In this document: piece after piece, positions 52,058 to 63,527 of the stretch
Numbering within the stretch: position 1 is the stretch's first letter
Layout of the letters: every line of letters begins with the position of its first letter
From: Raillietiella orientalis
Lineage: Eukaryota
NCBI GenBank assembly: GCA_036172245.1
Contig: JAYWIR010000012.1
Coordinates: 2,666,001 to 2,730,000, forward strand
DNA length: 64,000 nucleotides
Direction: 5' to 3'
Notes under the pieces: generated by a model
The model's database searches: none
The model's input: the letters and a program-made list of their open reading frames with translations, nothing else
Told to the model about the DNA's origin: nothing
Position numbers and translations under genes: made by a program

Positions 52058-52127
52058 CTCCGAAGTTCCTGCATCCGCTTGGGATTCTGCTCCTGCACCT
52101 GAAAAACCTGGAGAAAATGTTGGTCAT
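52058..52127 (-). CDS. nkd: naked cuticle coding exon 1 (MTNIFSRFFRCRSRIPSGCRNFG), 70 nt, phase 1
   Basis: ATG at 52127-52125 and donor GAG|GTGAGT at 52057. Phase 1 matches the next acceptor. The short basic/aromatic N-terminus resembles insect Nkd N-termini. Confidence 0.75.
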
Positions 52128-52858
52128 AGTCACGGGGAAGTGGAGTCTGCCCGCTTCTTGCAAAGGAAGGTCTCTCGCCGGGTGCCTCTGCAGGAGCGTT
52201 TTTTGTCCTTCAGGGGTGCCAGCATACTTTTCTCTCTCGTCTCTTTCTCTCGTCCGTGCGCCGCTCGTCACGTGCACGGGGGGGGTCGGGAGCAGAGGGG
52301 GGCTCGCTGGCGTGCCGTAGTGGGGGTGCTCCGTAAGCAGCACCTCGGGGAACGTCGCCACCGCCACCGTCGTCGGAGAGCCTGCCGCTGACGCCGCCAG
52401 CCGCGTCACTCGACCGAGCATCGACGGGAGGGCGCGCGGAGCAGCACATCGGCCTCCTTCCGCAGCGAGGAGGGCGGGAACGGGAGGGCGCGTGGGGGAA
52501 AGGGGGACGGGAAGAGGAGTTCAGCAGCGCCGACAGTAGAGGGAGAAAGCAGAAGGGGAGGAAGAGTAGCAGCAGCAGCCACCACCACCGCAACAACGAC
52601 AACAACACGAGCAGCAGCAGCAGCGACACGCACCTCCACCGTCGCCGCAGCCGCACTGTTCACGGTGTGCGCGGAGGAGTCCGGGTCGCGCGACGCAGCG
52701 ACGCACCACCGTCGTCATGCTCTGCGAGGAGCCCACTCCTGGGCAACGAGCGGAGTGCGGCGGGCTTCCCCGATTCGCCATGGTGTTATTATTACCCCGC
52801 GATGGGACCCGTTGCGAACGCCCCGCGTTGCCGCGTCCGGAAAGACCGCCGCCGCCTC

Positions 52859-52867
52859 TTTTTCTTT

Positions 52868-52899
<32 letters not shown>

Positions 52900-53245
52900 C
52901 TTTTTTGCCTTTCCTTCTCCCTCTCTCTCTCTCTCTTCTTTTCTTTCCTCTACCTCCTCCCTCCCTCCCCCCTCCCCGTTCTGCATCTCCTTTCTTTTCT
53001 TGCCTTTCGCTTCCTCTCTTTGTGCCTCCCGCCGACGGTGATTTTCACCGTGACACGCCAGCTGCCTTCGGACAAGAAATACTACGACGCCTGTCCTTCG
53101 GAAGGATTTCCTTCGACGTCCGCTTTGATCCACTTCGACTGTAAATCATAGCGCGAGGCTGTTCTTTTCTTCTTCTTCTTCTTCTTCTTCTTCTTTTTTT
53201 TTTTTTTCCTTTTTTTTCCCTCCCCCTCCCCCCCCCCCCTTTCTT
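52859..53245. repeat. Low-complexity pyrimidine tracts: poly(T), (CT)n, (CTT)n, poly(C)
   Basis: Seen directly. Confidence 0.9.
53122..53130 (+). promoter_or_regulatory. Candidate TCF HMG site GCTTTGATC, ~1 kb upstream of the nkd ATG
   Basis: Perfect SCTTTGATS match. Confidence 0.4.
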
Positions 53246-55347
53246 GGCGTTGCGCGCAGCCACGTCCGGGGGACGTCGGCATCGGAGAAACCTGCGCTCG
53301 CTCCAGCTTCCGACATGGCAGCAAAACGGCTGCGCGCGGCCACAGCGGGAACCCGGAGCGGGGAGAAGGGAAGACACTCGTCACAAGAAGGGGCCTACGG
53401 AAAGGAGTAACAGGAGGGGAGGGAGGGAGGAGAAGTAGGGGGGAGGAGGAGGGAGAAGGGTGGAAAGGGAGGAGGATGAAACGACGATATGGGTGGAGCG
53501 CTCGCGAATCGTCCTTCTGTTTCGCTTTTGTGCGTGCGTGCGTTTTCTTCCCTTTTTCCTCCCTTCCCATCCGCTCCTGGCAAGAAAGCCCCCCTCTCCC
53601 TGTCCGAGGGGTTCGGTCGCGGACGCGTGCACGCGCGAAGAGACGGATGCTGGGAAAAGCGCGCGCGCGCTCGCGACCCGAGATCCGGCACGCAGAGAGA
53701 CGCCGTTTGTCTACGCCGCCTCTTTTCAGGTACGCGCGCACGCTCCGTTGCATCCTACGCGCGCGGACGGACGTTCCCGGTTCATCTGCATAAATAAAAT
53801 ACGACGCTCCATAAATCTTCATTAGGTCCTCGCAGCGAAGCAGCCTCTCGAATTGAAAACAGATGATAAATACTTGGTTGGGGGATGAGAAGGCGCATTG
53901 CGGAGCAACGCGCGCGCGGAGACGCCCGCAGCTGGATGCGCGGCGGCGGCAAGCTGGATCATCCCCTCTCCGCCAAGCCTCGCGCCGACCGACAGCGCCC
54001 CTACACATCCCGCTCTCCCCGAAAAAATAAATCCCGGTTCTGCGGCGGCGGGGACCTCCCGAGCAAGCGGATCCGGGAAGAAATTCGAAACCGGAGGGAG
54101 AAACGGGGGGAAGGGAGCGCGCCAACGGAACGGGAGGCTCCGCCCGACCGCGCCTGAATCCTGGAGAGGGAGGTGGGGGCTGGAACGGACCAGGAAGCAA
54201 AAGGGGGGGCTGTTGAAGACCACCGGACCCCTCCGCCCTCTCCGCCCCTGAGTGCGCTTCGAGAAGTTGCCAAACGGGGGCGGAGGGGGGGAGACTTCAG
54301 TCGGGCTGCCGGGCCCCGCACGCTGCGCGCGCGCGCGAGGCCCGGCATCTCGCCGACAAGTCCGTAAGCGAGAGGGGCACTGTTTAGCGTCCCCAGGACT
54401 TAACCCCTCTCTCCCCACTCCAGGGAACCCTGGACGCGGGGACGGCCCGGCCGAGAGAGAGTGCGAGCATGCGGCGACCAGCAGCATCCTACCTGACGCG
54501 GATCTTCCTTCCTTCGCGCCGCCGGGGAGGCACCAGCGCACGTGCTCCGCCATTCCACTCCCACCAGCCCTCACGCCGCCGCACCGTTTGCTTGACCGAG
54601 AACTTGGCGAACTCCGACCCGGATCGCCCGGGCGGTGTCTTCAGGGACGGCGGTGGCGGCGCCCGGTGGGACGTGCGATCCAGGCGCCCGCGATGTCGAC
54701 GGAGGCGTCGACGTTGCGTGGGCGAGGGAGGGGAAACCGGAAGCTTCCGGCGCGAGCCCCGCAAGGTCGGGAGGCAACCCTCTGCTGCAGGATGGCCTCC
54801 CCCGGGGCACGGAAAGCCCGAAGGACGAGGAACGAACGGAACGCCTCGCTGAGTCGCCCTGGGAAGCGGCCGGCAGGGTCGAACGTCCCCGGCTTTTCCT
54901 TCCCTCCTCCGCGAGCCCGGCGCGGAAACCCCTTCGGCCGTTCTTCCTACCTACCCCCCCCCCCCCCAATCTCGGACAGAGGGATTTTTTTTTTTCTTTT
55001 TCCTCTGGATGTTTTCCGCTCGGCGGGGAGCGCGCGTCCGCAGCGTTACTTAGCAGCCAGCGAACGTGAGAGAAGCGAGTCCGTTCTCTCTCCGGCGCCC
55101 CCTCCCCTCCCGGGCACAGTCGCCGGGAAGCCGCCGCACGTTCTCAAAATTTCGCTCTCGGTGGACAGGGCGCCGTTCCCCCCCCCCTCCTCTTCCAGCG
55201 GTCGAGCGCCTCGGGGGTGGCGGCAACAGCGCCGACCCGCTCCGTTCTTTCCAGCTCGCCGCGGCTGGCTTTTTCGAAGCGCGGTAAACGACCTCCCCCT
55301 GCAGAGGTCGTCGCATGACGCAACGCCCCGCAAAAGGTGAGCATCCC

Positions 55348-55361
55348 GCGGCGGATCAAAG
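55348..55361 (-). promoter_or_regulatory. Candidate TCF HMG site with adjacent Helper-like sequence (CTTTGATCCGCCGC on minus strand)
   Basis: Plus strand reads GCGGCGGATCAAAG. Confidence 0.45.
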
Positions 55362-55998
55362 AAGCGAATCTCCCCCCCCCCTCCCTTCGCCTTCTTAGAA
55401 AGGACGCCGACTTTCCCAACAGCCAAGCCCGGCATCAGCAGCCGAAAGCAGGCCGCAGCTCCTGGAATCGACCCGAATTCCAAGGACCCCGTCACCAGTT
55501 GGGGATCCCCCCCCCCGCCCGATCCTCCGCCCTACGCTTGCGAGTGAGTAAGGAAAGAGGAGGACGCGACCAGAGAAGTCACTCCACAGGGAAAAGACTG
55601 GCCTTGACCCTTCCAGGAGGAAGGGCCGACTTTGCAGTCATTTCATCCCACTCCTTCAGCTTTCCCTCCAAGATGCTGCGCGCTTCCCTCTCCGCGCCCC
55701 ACCCCCCCACCTCTGACGCGAAGACGGTTGCCGCGCAACGCTGCCGCCGAGTCCTGATTGCCATGCCGGGACGCGGAACCCGACACGCCCGTGACGCGAA
55801 GGACACCTCAGTTATGCGCTTTTGGAAAACAACGGGGAGCAGATTCGGAACGAGGAAGAGGGGAGAAAGAGGAGGGGGAGGTGGAAAGGAAGAGGAACGG
55901 GAAGGCCGTATCGGAAGAGCCGAAAGATCAGGAAAGACGAAAGACGGCATGCGCGTTCTCTGCCTTCCCCCCCCTCTCTCTCTCCTCCAAGCGAATTC

Positions 55999-56069
55999 GC
56001 GGCGGCGCCTTTGATCGCGCGTAGCGGGCGAGCGATCCTCCGCGGGGGGAAAACTTTGATCGCGGTGCC
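55999..56069. promoter_or_regulatory. Candidate Wnt response element upstream of nkd: Helper-like GCCGCCGC (rev, 55999-56006) next to TCF HMG site CCTTTGATC (56008-56016), plus a second site ACTTTGATC (56053-56061)
   Basis: Direct motif matches to the TCF/Pangolin HMG consensus (SCTTTGATS) and Helper (GCCGCC-like). nkd is an established Wnt feedback target. Confidence 0.55.
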
Positions 56070-59000
56070 GTTCGCGCTGCCTCGCTCTTTGTCCGCCTCC
56101 TCCGCGTGCGCGCAGCCCCACGGGAGACGTCTCCCCTCCCTCTCCTGGAGCACTGCGCGCGTCTCTTCGGGGGTGCACCAGGAAGCGCCGGTCGGGGATA
56201 TTCGAGGGAGCAGAGGAGGAGGAAGAAAAGAAGGGGGGGAGCGGGTCCTTCTGAGCACACTCCTCCCGCTCCCCCTCGGAACACGTGAGGGACACCGCCA
56301 CCCGAAGCGCTGGCGTTCGCCGCTCTCCGGGAGGCCGAGACGAAGGAAGCCCTACGCGAGACTGCGACCTCGAGAGGTCAGCCCCGGTTTCCTGGGGACA
56401 CCCCTGAAGAGGTGCCCGCTGGAAACATCGGGTAGTTCTCCTCCTGCGATGGAGGAGCCTCCGAGAATCTCTCGTGAGGAGGGGGGCAGGGGGCAGGGAA
56501 AGAGCAGGGCTGACCCCTCGCTCCTCCCGCGCCAAAAATGCGGGAGCAGGTGCCTGGATGATGATGATGCTCGTTTCCCTGGCGGTGCATGGGGGATGAG
56601 AAGGAAAGCTCGCTTGCCTCCATCCACGAGGGTTGGTTCCGCTCGCCCTACGTCCGCTCGAAGTTCCCCACGCAGGGTACCGTGATGGCTTCTCCTCCCG
56701 GAAGGACAGCTGGAAGGAGCGGCGCTTGTGCCGCGCGCAGGCAGAGAAAGGCGCGCGCCACCGCGTCGCTCGGGACGCGGAAGGGGGGGAAAACGCGCGG
56801 GACTCCCGGGCAAGCGAGTGCCCCCGGGGTGACGTGGGGGCGGCCACGCGGCCCGGTCCGTTTCCAAGCCTCTCGCGCGCGCCGCCGCCCGGTGGAGCGG
56901 AAAAACGCGGAGGCAGCGGGGAAGGGGGGGGAGGGAAGCGAGGCGCCGGCCATCACCTCCTTTTATCTTATCTGTGCACTTTCGACACCACGGACACTTC
57001 GTCGGAAGGAGAAGAGAGCGGGGGAGGGGGGGTGAGGAAGAGGAGGATAGATGGACACGTTCGTGCGCGAGCGCGCAGCAAATCTCCAACTCCGGAGATA
57101 CCGGCATCTGCTCCGCTCTGCTCCAGACCGTTAGGACGCCATAAATTATCAACATGGCGGCGCAGGAAATAAACAAAATCGCGCGTGCGTAAATCAGAGG
57201 AAGGCCAGCGTGCGTTTCCGCGGACGCGGGCAACGAGGAACCGCATGCTCGCGCGTGCGTGCGTGCGTGCGTGCGCGCAGTGTCCCGGAGGTGGCATGCG
57301 ACCTGCGGGCCCGGCCTCCCATCAGAGGAGGGATACCTCGAGGATGGATGCCAAGAGGATTTTTTTCCCTTGTTTTCCTATCTGGCGCACGCGGACGCGA
57401 AAAACGGGAGCCCCCTCCGTCCCTGCGCGCGCGAGGGTCTCCGAACGGGAGAGGAGAGATGGAGGAGGAGGAAGGGAGCGCTCGGGATGTCGTGGCGAAG
57501 TGGAACCGCCTCTCGCCCCCTCCCCTCCCCTTCCCTTCCCCCTCACGCACACGACAGCAAAATAGTTGAGGAAGCGGGCGCGTGGGGCGCTCGCAAAGCG
57601 CGCCCGCCCGCAGGGACGGCACTCTCGTGAATGCCGTTCGGAATGCCGGCGATGTTTGCACGGAAACGAGCGCGCGCGATGATGATGGGGGAGGAGAGGG
57701 GGAGGGCGGAAGACGCTGCAATCCTTCAAACTCCAATCCTCCGCATTCCCGTGCGCCCCAACGAATGCAGTCCATATAGGCGCCCCGAAATCGAAATCCC
57801 GTTTTTCTCACCGGCACTTCCCGAAACCGGCAGTTCCGCGCGGTTGTTTCTCTTTCGTGTGTAATGAACGGGTAGCAGGGGACGGAAAAGGGGAGGAGGG
57901 AAGAAGGAATGATAAACGGAGCGGGGGAAAAGCACACGCAGGAATGAAAGCGGAAGGAGGAGGCGGGGGGGGAGAGAGAGAGAGAGAGAAACACCAAAAA
58001 AAACCCTTTCCCAGCTCACCTCTAAATGGACTCCCGAAACTCCTGATGAATTTTCTTATTTCCATTTTTCTCTCCTGGAAGCAGAGAAAAAGGGGGAGGA
58101 TGAATTTTTGCTGCAGGTTCGACGAAAACGGGAAGCGAACGGGTTCAGAGCGGACGAGGGACACACGCGGGGACGTGGAGGACGACCCATTCTTTCGAGT
58201 TCTGGGACCGAAACGCGAGGTCGCCCTCCGATGCGGCGCGCGCGCTCGCGCGCGCCGTCGTTAGCAACGGAGATCCTTGGGAACGGACGCTCCTCGAACG
58301 CTGTATAAATAAATAGTTCCCTCCTCCCCGCCGCGACCGAATAGGGGGGTGGGAAACGGGAACACTGCCCCCATCCATAGGAACCTATCGGAGCCACCAC
58401 CGGAACCACAACAGTGTTGGCGGCAGCTCCGGAAACAAAGAGCTGCTGCCGAGAGGGCCTCGAAGGAGCACGCGCGCGGGCGAAAGCCGAAGGTTGCCGG
58501 CGAAAAGGGAAGGAGGGAGGGAGGAGGGGGAGGAGGGGGAGGAAAAATCGAGTGGAGTGCAATGGGACCGAAACCGCGGCGAACCGTTACCAAACAGCGA
58601 GCGGCGCCGCTGGCCACTTTCGGAAGGAGGGCGGAGAGGAAGAAGACAAAAAAAAAAAAAAAAACTCTTCTTCCACCACTTACCACGCGGAATCGAAGCA
58701 AAGGTTCGGTAATTAGCAGTTCCGCACAAGAGTGGATACTTTTATCAGCAGCCTCTCTGTAGCCCGCGGCGCTGACGAGATCAGAAAGATGGATTCATCA
58801 CCGTAAGAATTGCGCGCGAAGCAAAAAAGGTCGGCCAATTAACGAGAGTTTCATTAAAGCATTCCGGACAAGACGACGGCCGCCGTGGTAATGAAGAACC
58901 GATTACCGGGGGAGTGAGATGGACGGCAGGGGAAGAGGGGACGGTGGAAGGGTGGTGTGGTGGTGTGGTGGCGGCGGCCGAGGAGGCCCCAGTGGAGAGA

Positions 59001-59912
59001 TACGAGGTCGCGCGCCGGATGGAAGAGTGGCGCAGCGAAGCTGCCATCCCAGCCTTACGGATCGGAAGTCGCCGTGGTGCGCCACCAGCGCGGGTGCAGC
59101 AGGAAGAAGACACGCCGGAGAGCGCGGTGCGGCCCCGACTGGGTCCTCCAGGAGGATGCAGGGCGCGGGAGCCAAACGAGTTCCCGAGACGCGCCGAGAG
59201 CACGCGGATATGTGGACGTCCGCGGGCGATCCGTGCGGGAGATCAGCTCGCTCCGCCCCAGCGGGAGCAGTTTCGCGCGGCACAGCGCGGGAGACGGCGG
59301 GAGGCAGAGAGCGGTGAACTCGCGCGTCCGACGGCGGGTGTCACCACCCCACTCCACCAAAGCAGGGGCGGGCTGCAGCCGTCCCACGGCATTGAGGATG
59401 GGTGCGGCGGTAAGGATGCAGCGGCGCACCGGCTTGGAGATCGCCGACTCCAACAGATGCGTCACTTGGCAGCGTCGCACGTCCCGATCTGCAGGGCAGC
59501 GCAGGTATAGAGCTGCATTGGGCAGGAAGCAAGAAAAAAGGGAGACGAGGAAAAGGCAAAGAAGCGAAAGAAGACCTCGCCGATAGCCATCACCGCTCAG
59601 GAACCAGAGCTGCACGATGCAGGGCTGTGGCTGCCTCCCCCCCTAGGAGACTGATGCAGAAGCGCGCGCACGATCCCAATCCACTCAAGGGGGAGAGACG
59701 CTGGTGCGCCCAGAAGGCTGGAGGAGGCTCAAAGAAGAGAGGACGGCGAAGAGAAGAGAGAGAAGAGACGACGCAAGAGATTCGCGGAGACCTTGCAAAG
59801 AGAAACGCGTGTCCGATGAGGGGGGGGGACGAGCATTCCCTGCAAACACACGGTGATGCACTCGAAACCGGCCCGTCCCGAGCCTCGCAACGCTCCCCCG
59901 CAAAGCCAGACT

Positions 59913-60373
59913 TCACCCGGTACTTTCGGATCGCATTGTTGGAAGCCATGCCGATTGCGCGAGCCTTGACGTCACGCCTCCATGCCGGACTCGAGGAGCG
60001 TCCGTTTCGAGTGGCTCACCCGGTATTTTCGGATCGCATTGTTGGGGGCCATGCCGATTGCGCGAGCCTTGACGTCACGCCTCCATGCCGGACTCGAGGA
60101 GCGTCCGTTTCGAGTGGCTCACCCGGTATTTTCGGATCGCATTGTTGGGGGCCATGCCGATTGCGCGAGCCTTGACGTCACGCCTCCATGCCGGACTCGA
60201 GGAGCGTCCGTTTCGAGTGGCTCACCCGGTATTTTCGGATCGCATTGTTGGGGGCCATGCCGATTGCGCGAGCCTTGACGTCACGCCTCCATGCCGGACT
60301 CGAGGAGCGTCCGTTTCGAGTGGCTCACCCGGTATTTTCGGATCGCATTGTTGGGGGCCATGCCGATTGCGCG
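59913..60373. repeat. Tandem repeat, 103-bp unit, ~4.5 copies
   Basis: Unit TCACCCGGTATTTTCGGATCGCATTGTTGGGGGCCATGCCGATTGCGCGAGCC...TTTCGAGTGGC starts at 59913, 60016, 60119, 60222 and 60325. Only the first copy differs. Confidence 0.97.
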
Positions 60374-61596
60374 CGTTGACTTTGCGTTGCGTCATCGCCA
60401 TCCGATTCGCTTCACCCCCCAAAATTCCCCCCGTTTCGCCCTCTGGTGTGCGCCGCTTTTCCAAAACGGGAAGAGCCCTCGAGAAAGTCCTCTGAAGAGC
60501 TGCGCGACAGTCACAGGCACGACGGACAGGTGTCCTTTCTTCACGGAAAAGATGGAGTAGAGGGACGTTTCCCTGATGTCGGAGGCAAAGAGCCCAGAGA
60601 AACCGCACGGAAGATCGTCTGCCTTCGTTCCCCGAGGAACAGCGAGAACGCGAGAGGCCGTTTCCTCGAGGACGGGAAGGAAATGAGGAAAGCGCGATCT
60701 TTCGAGGGCAGGGGGCAGCGTGGTTGGAGCCTGCAGACCTTCGCGAAACGTTCCTCCTCTGCCCGTCGGGACGCTCACGCGCTAGCAGCGCGGACTTGAG
60801 GTCGGAGGGCAGCAGCAGCCACCACCCCGTAGCTGAGACGCGAATGCTCCCGACGCAAAAATCTGGGAAGCTGGGCAGGAACTAATGGAGGTTTAAGGAG
60901 GCAACAGCAAATCGGGGATTGGAGGGAACGGCAGCAGCCTTTCCGGGATTCAAGCCAGCTGCGGAGGGGAGGTTCGGGCTGTGCCGCTGCTGGAAATTAG
61001 TGAAGAGCAGGAGGAGAGAGAAGGGGGGGGACGGGACGTGGAAGACACTGGACGAACACCCACGAGGGAGGGAGCGTGACCCAGGGACGCGCCGGTAAAC
61101 CGCACCGGGAACGCCGCCGCGTGGATGGAAACTTTTCCTTTTAAGCGGGGGAGAGTTCCCCGTGCCAATTTCGAGGCAAACATCGGACGGGCGCGGGACA
61201 GAAATAAGGCGCGCTATATTTGGAGCTCCGGGATTGTGGGGCGGCACCCTTCGGAGCCGAAGACGCCGGCAGACGCTATGGGAAACCCACACGCTCGCGG
61301 AAGGCGTCGATCGACCCCCGAGCGGCGCGTGCTGCCGACCTCCAGATCTTCGGCGCCCGCACAGCGGCCGAGGGAACAGGTGGAAGTGGCGGGGTCCCCG
61401 AGGAGCGAGGTGATCATTCGAGGTATTCGAGGTCGAAAGTGTTTCTCCCGGGGGCCCGGAGCTCTTCACTGGATGATGGACACAGCATCCGGGTCCATCG
61501 GGAGGGCGAAACTCACCCCGGCGAGGCGTCCTGTGAGTAGTGTCATCGTCCCGATGGCCCCGCTGCCCGAAAGCGATGGCGTTCGGGTGCGGTGCC

Positions 61597-61797
61597 GGAG
61601 TATCTGACCGCAGAGGAAGGCGGAGGAGCAAAGGGGAGAAGGGAGGATGGGCAAACGTCATCCCGCAGGGCTCCCCGAGTGCGGCGGCGGCCGCTTGAGC
61701 AAAAGACGAGTTCTTCCTCTCCGCCACCGAAAGCGCAAGCGCCAGTCTCCCTGCGACGTCATCCCGGAGCTGCAAGCAAAAGCGATCCAGAGGTGGC
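61597..61797 (+). repeat. ~190-200 bp direct repeat, copy 1
   Basis: GAGGAAGGCGGAGGAGCAAAGGGGAGAAGGGAGGATGGGCA...CCCGAGTGCGGCGGCGGCCGCTTG...TCCTCTCCGCCACCG matches 63332-63527. Confidence 0.9.
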
Positions 61798-63331
61798 GGG
61801 AGCGGAGAGCGGACCGGCCCGGTTGCGGCGTCTTCTGCCACCACGTGAGCACGCTATGCAGGACGGGAAGATCCGCACACGGTGCGTGACACCACTCAGG
61901 AGCAGAAAACGGAAGGCCCGTCCGTGGAAAGGGGTGGAGAGGTGGGAAAGTGGGACGAGCCGCGCGTTCTTGACGACCGCTCTTCCCTTCGCCCGCGCGC
62001 GCGCGCGCGTGCCGCTCGCCAAAAAAACGGGACAGACGAAAACCACGTCCCCCGAGCTGTCCTGGTAGGTGTTCCGTCTTCGCCATTTGTCAAAGTCGCG
62101 CTCCATTTTCTTAACCGCCGCCGCCATGAATGGCCGCCGCCTTGTCTGTCGAAGCGGGGCGCGACCTCATGTCTGACGGGGATCGAGTGGCGCCCCTCCC
62201 CCCTGGAACGGTGCGCCTGGCTCTCCTTGCTAGAAACATGGAGGAAAGCATGTTGGTTGCTCGTCGGTTTCCCGGTCCTCAAACGCGCATGGGAAAAGTC
62301 GCCTTCCAGCACCTTCTCCCCCTCCCCCCCCAGAATGACGTCAGCAGAGTATCGCTCGCGATGAATATCTCGTCTGCTTTCTCCCACTGGTATTGGGAAG
62401 GGAAAATAAAAAACAAAACGTGGGGAGTAGGCACTCTCAGGGTCCGAGGAAAAGAGTGGGGAGGCGAGGCTTCCCGGAAGCGACCGCGCGAAGCTTCCCA
62501 CCACTCCGAAGAAATCCTCTAATGCTTTCGGGCTACCTGAGATAGCGAGCATCGGAGGAGGAGCTGCCGACGAGTAGCCGCCGCCGCGCGGGGAAGTCCA
62601 CCACGAGTGGCACCAACCATCCGAGCGCTCCACACGGAGAACCCGGAAAGCAACAAGCGTCCCCTTCTGCAGACAGCCATCCCCCATCCCGAGCAGCCTG
62701 CTTCCATGGAATGGATGGAGACAGCTCGCTGGAATCCGTCCCGCCCGAGAAAAAAATCGCCGGTAGGTGTGAGGATCCTGGAGGCATCCGAAATCACGTG
62801 AGGGATGGGGCAGGAGGAGGATGGAGTGTCGTTGCTGCTGTTGCTCAAGAAGAGGGACTTTCCGATCACGACCTTCGTGCTTCCGGAACTGGACATCTCT
62901 CTTGCCGCCATCTACGATCCTGCGTTTCTCTCGATGGCGATCTTCGGGGAAGAGCAGACGACAACGGAGGACTCCAGGGAATCCGAGCAAACGCTGACCG
63001 AACCGGAGAGTCCCGGTAAGGGAAGATCGCTCGGCAAGCCAGCTGCCTCTTTCCTTGATCGCGAAGACACGTCTTGCGAGTGCTGTGGAAGGATGCAACC
63101 GGCAGAGGACGCAGCAGGCGCGAAGCATCCAGCCTAGAGCCGGTCAGGACCTAGGTGAAGGGCGCTCGCGTCCAACCTCCCGCCCTTTCCCTTTCCGACT
63201 ACCCGGCGAGGCGCCGTCCCATCCTCAAAGATAGTCGGGGGAGGGAGGGGGGTTCTAGGCAGCTGTATGAAGACAAGGAAGCAGGAACCGAGCTCCAAGG
63301 CGGTAGCTGTCCCTCCAGGACCGGCGTCGCA

Positions 63332-63527
63332 GAGTCTCTGACCACGGAGGAAGGCGGAGGAGCAAAGGGGAGAAGGGAGGATGGGCAGCCGTCATTCCGC
63401 AGCGCCCCCCGAGTGCGGCGGCGGCCGCTTGCGCAAAAGACGAGTTTTTCCTCTCCGCCACCGGAAGCGGAAGCGCCAGCCTCCCTGAGGCATCATCTCG
63501 GAGCTACAAACAAAACCATCGAGGTGG
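63332..63527 (+). repeat. ~190-200 bp direct repeat, copy 2
   Basis: See 61597-61797. Offset is ~1735 bp. Confidence 0.9.

Noticed and set aside
51000..58900. Long ORFs such as 51000-52421 (473 aa), 53082-54200, 54252-55340 and 55579-56847
   Set aside because: Low-complexity Arg/Pro/Gly/Ala-rich translations of GC-rich non-coding DNA with no domains. Only the short nkd exon 1 inside 51000-52421 is supported.
59913..60373. CRISPR-like array or repeated small ORFs (MPDSRSVRFEWL...)
   Set aside because: The units are contiguous and identical without spacers, the context is eukaryotic, and 103 bp is not a multiple of 3.
61597..63527. LTR retrotransposon or TRIM bounded by the 190-bp repeats
   Set aside because: No TG...CA ends, PBS, PPT, TSD or gag/pol motifs were recognised.
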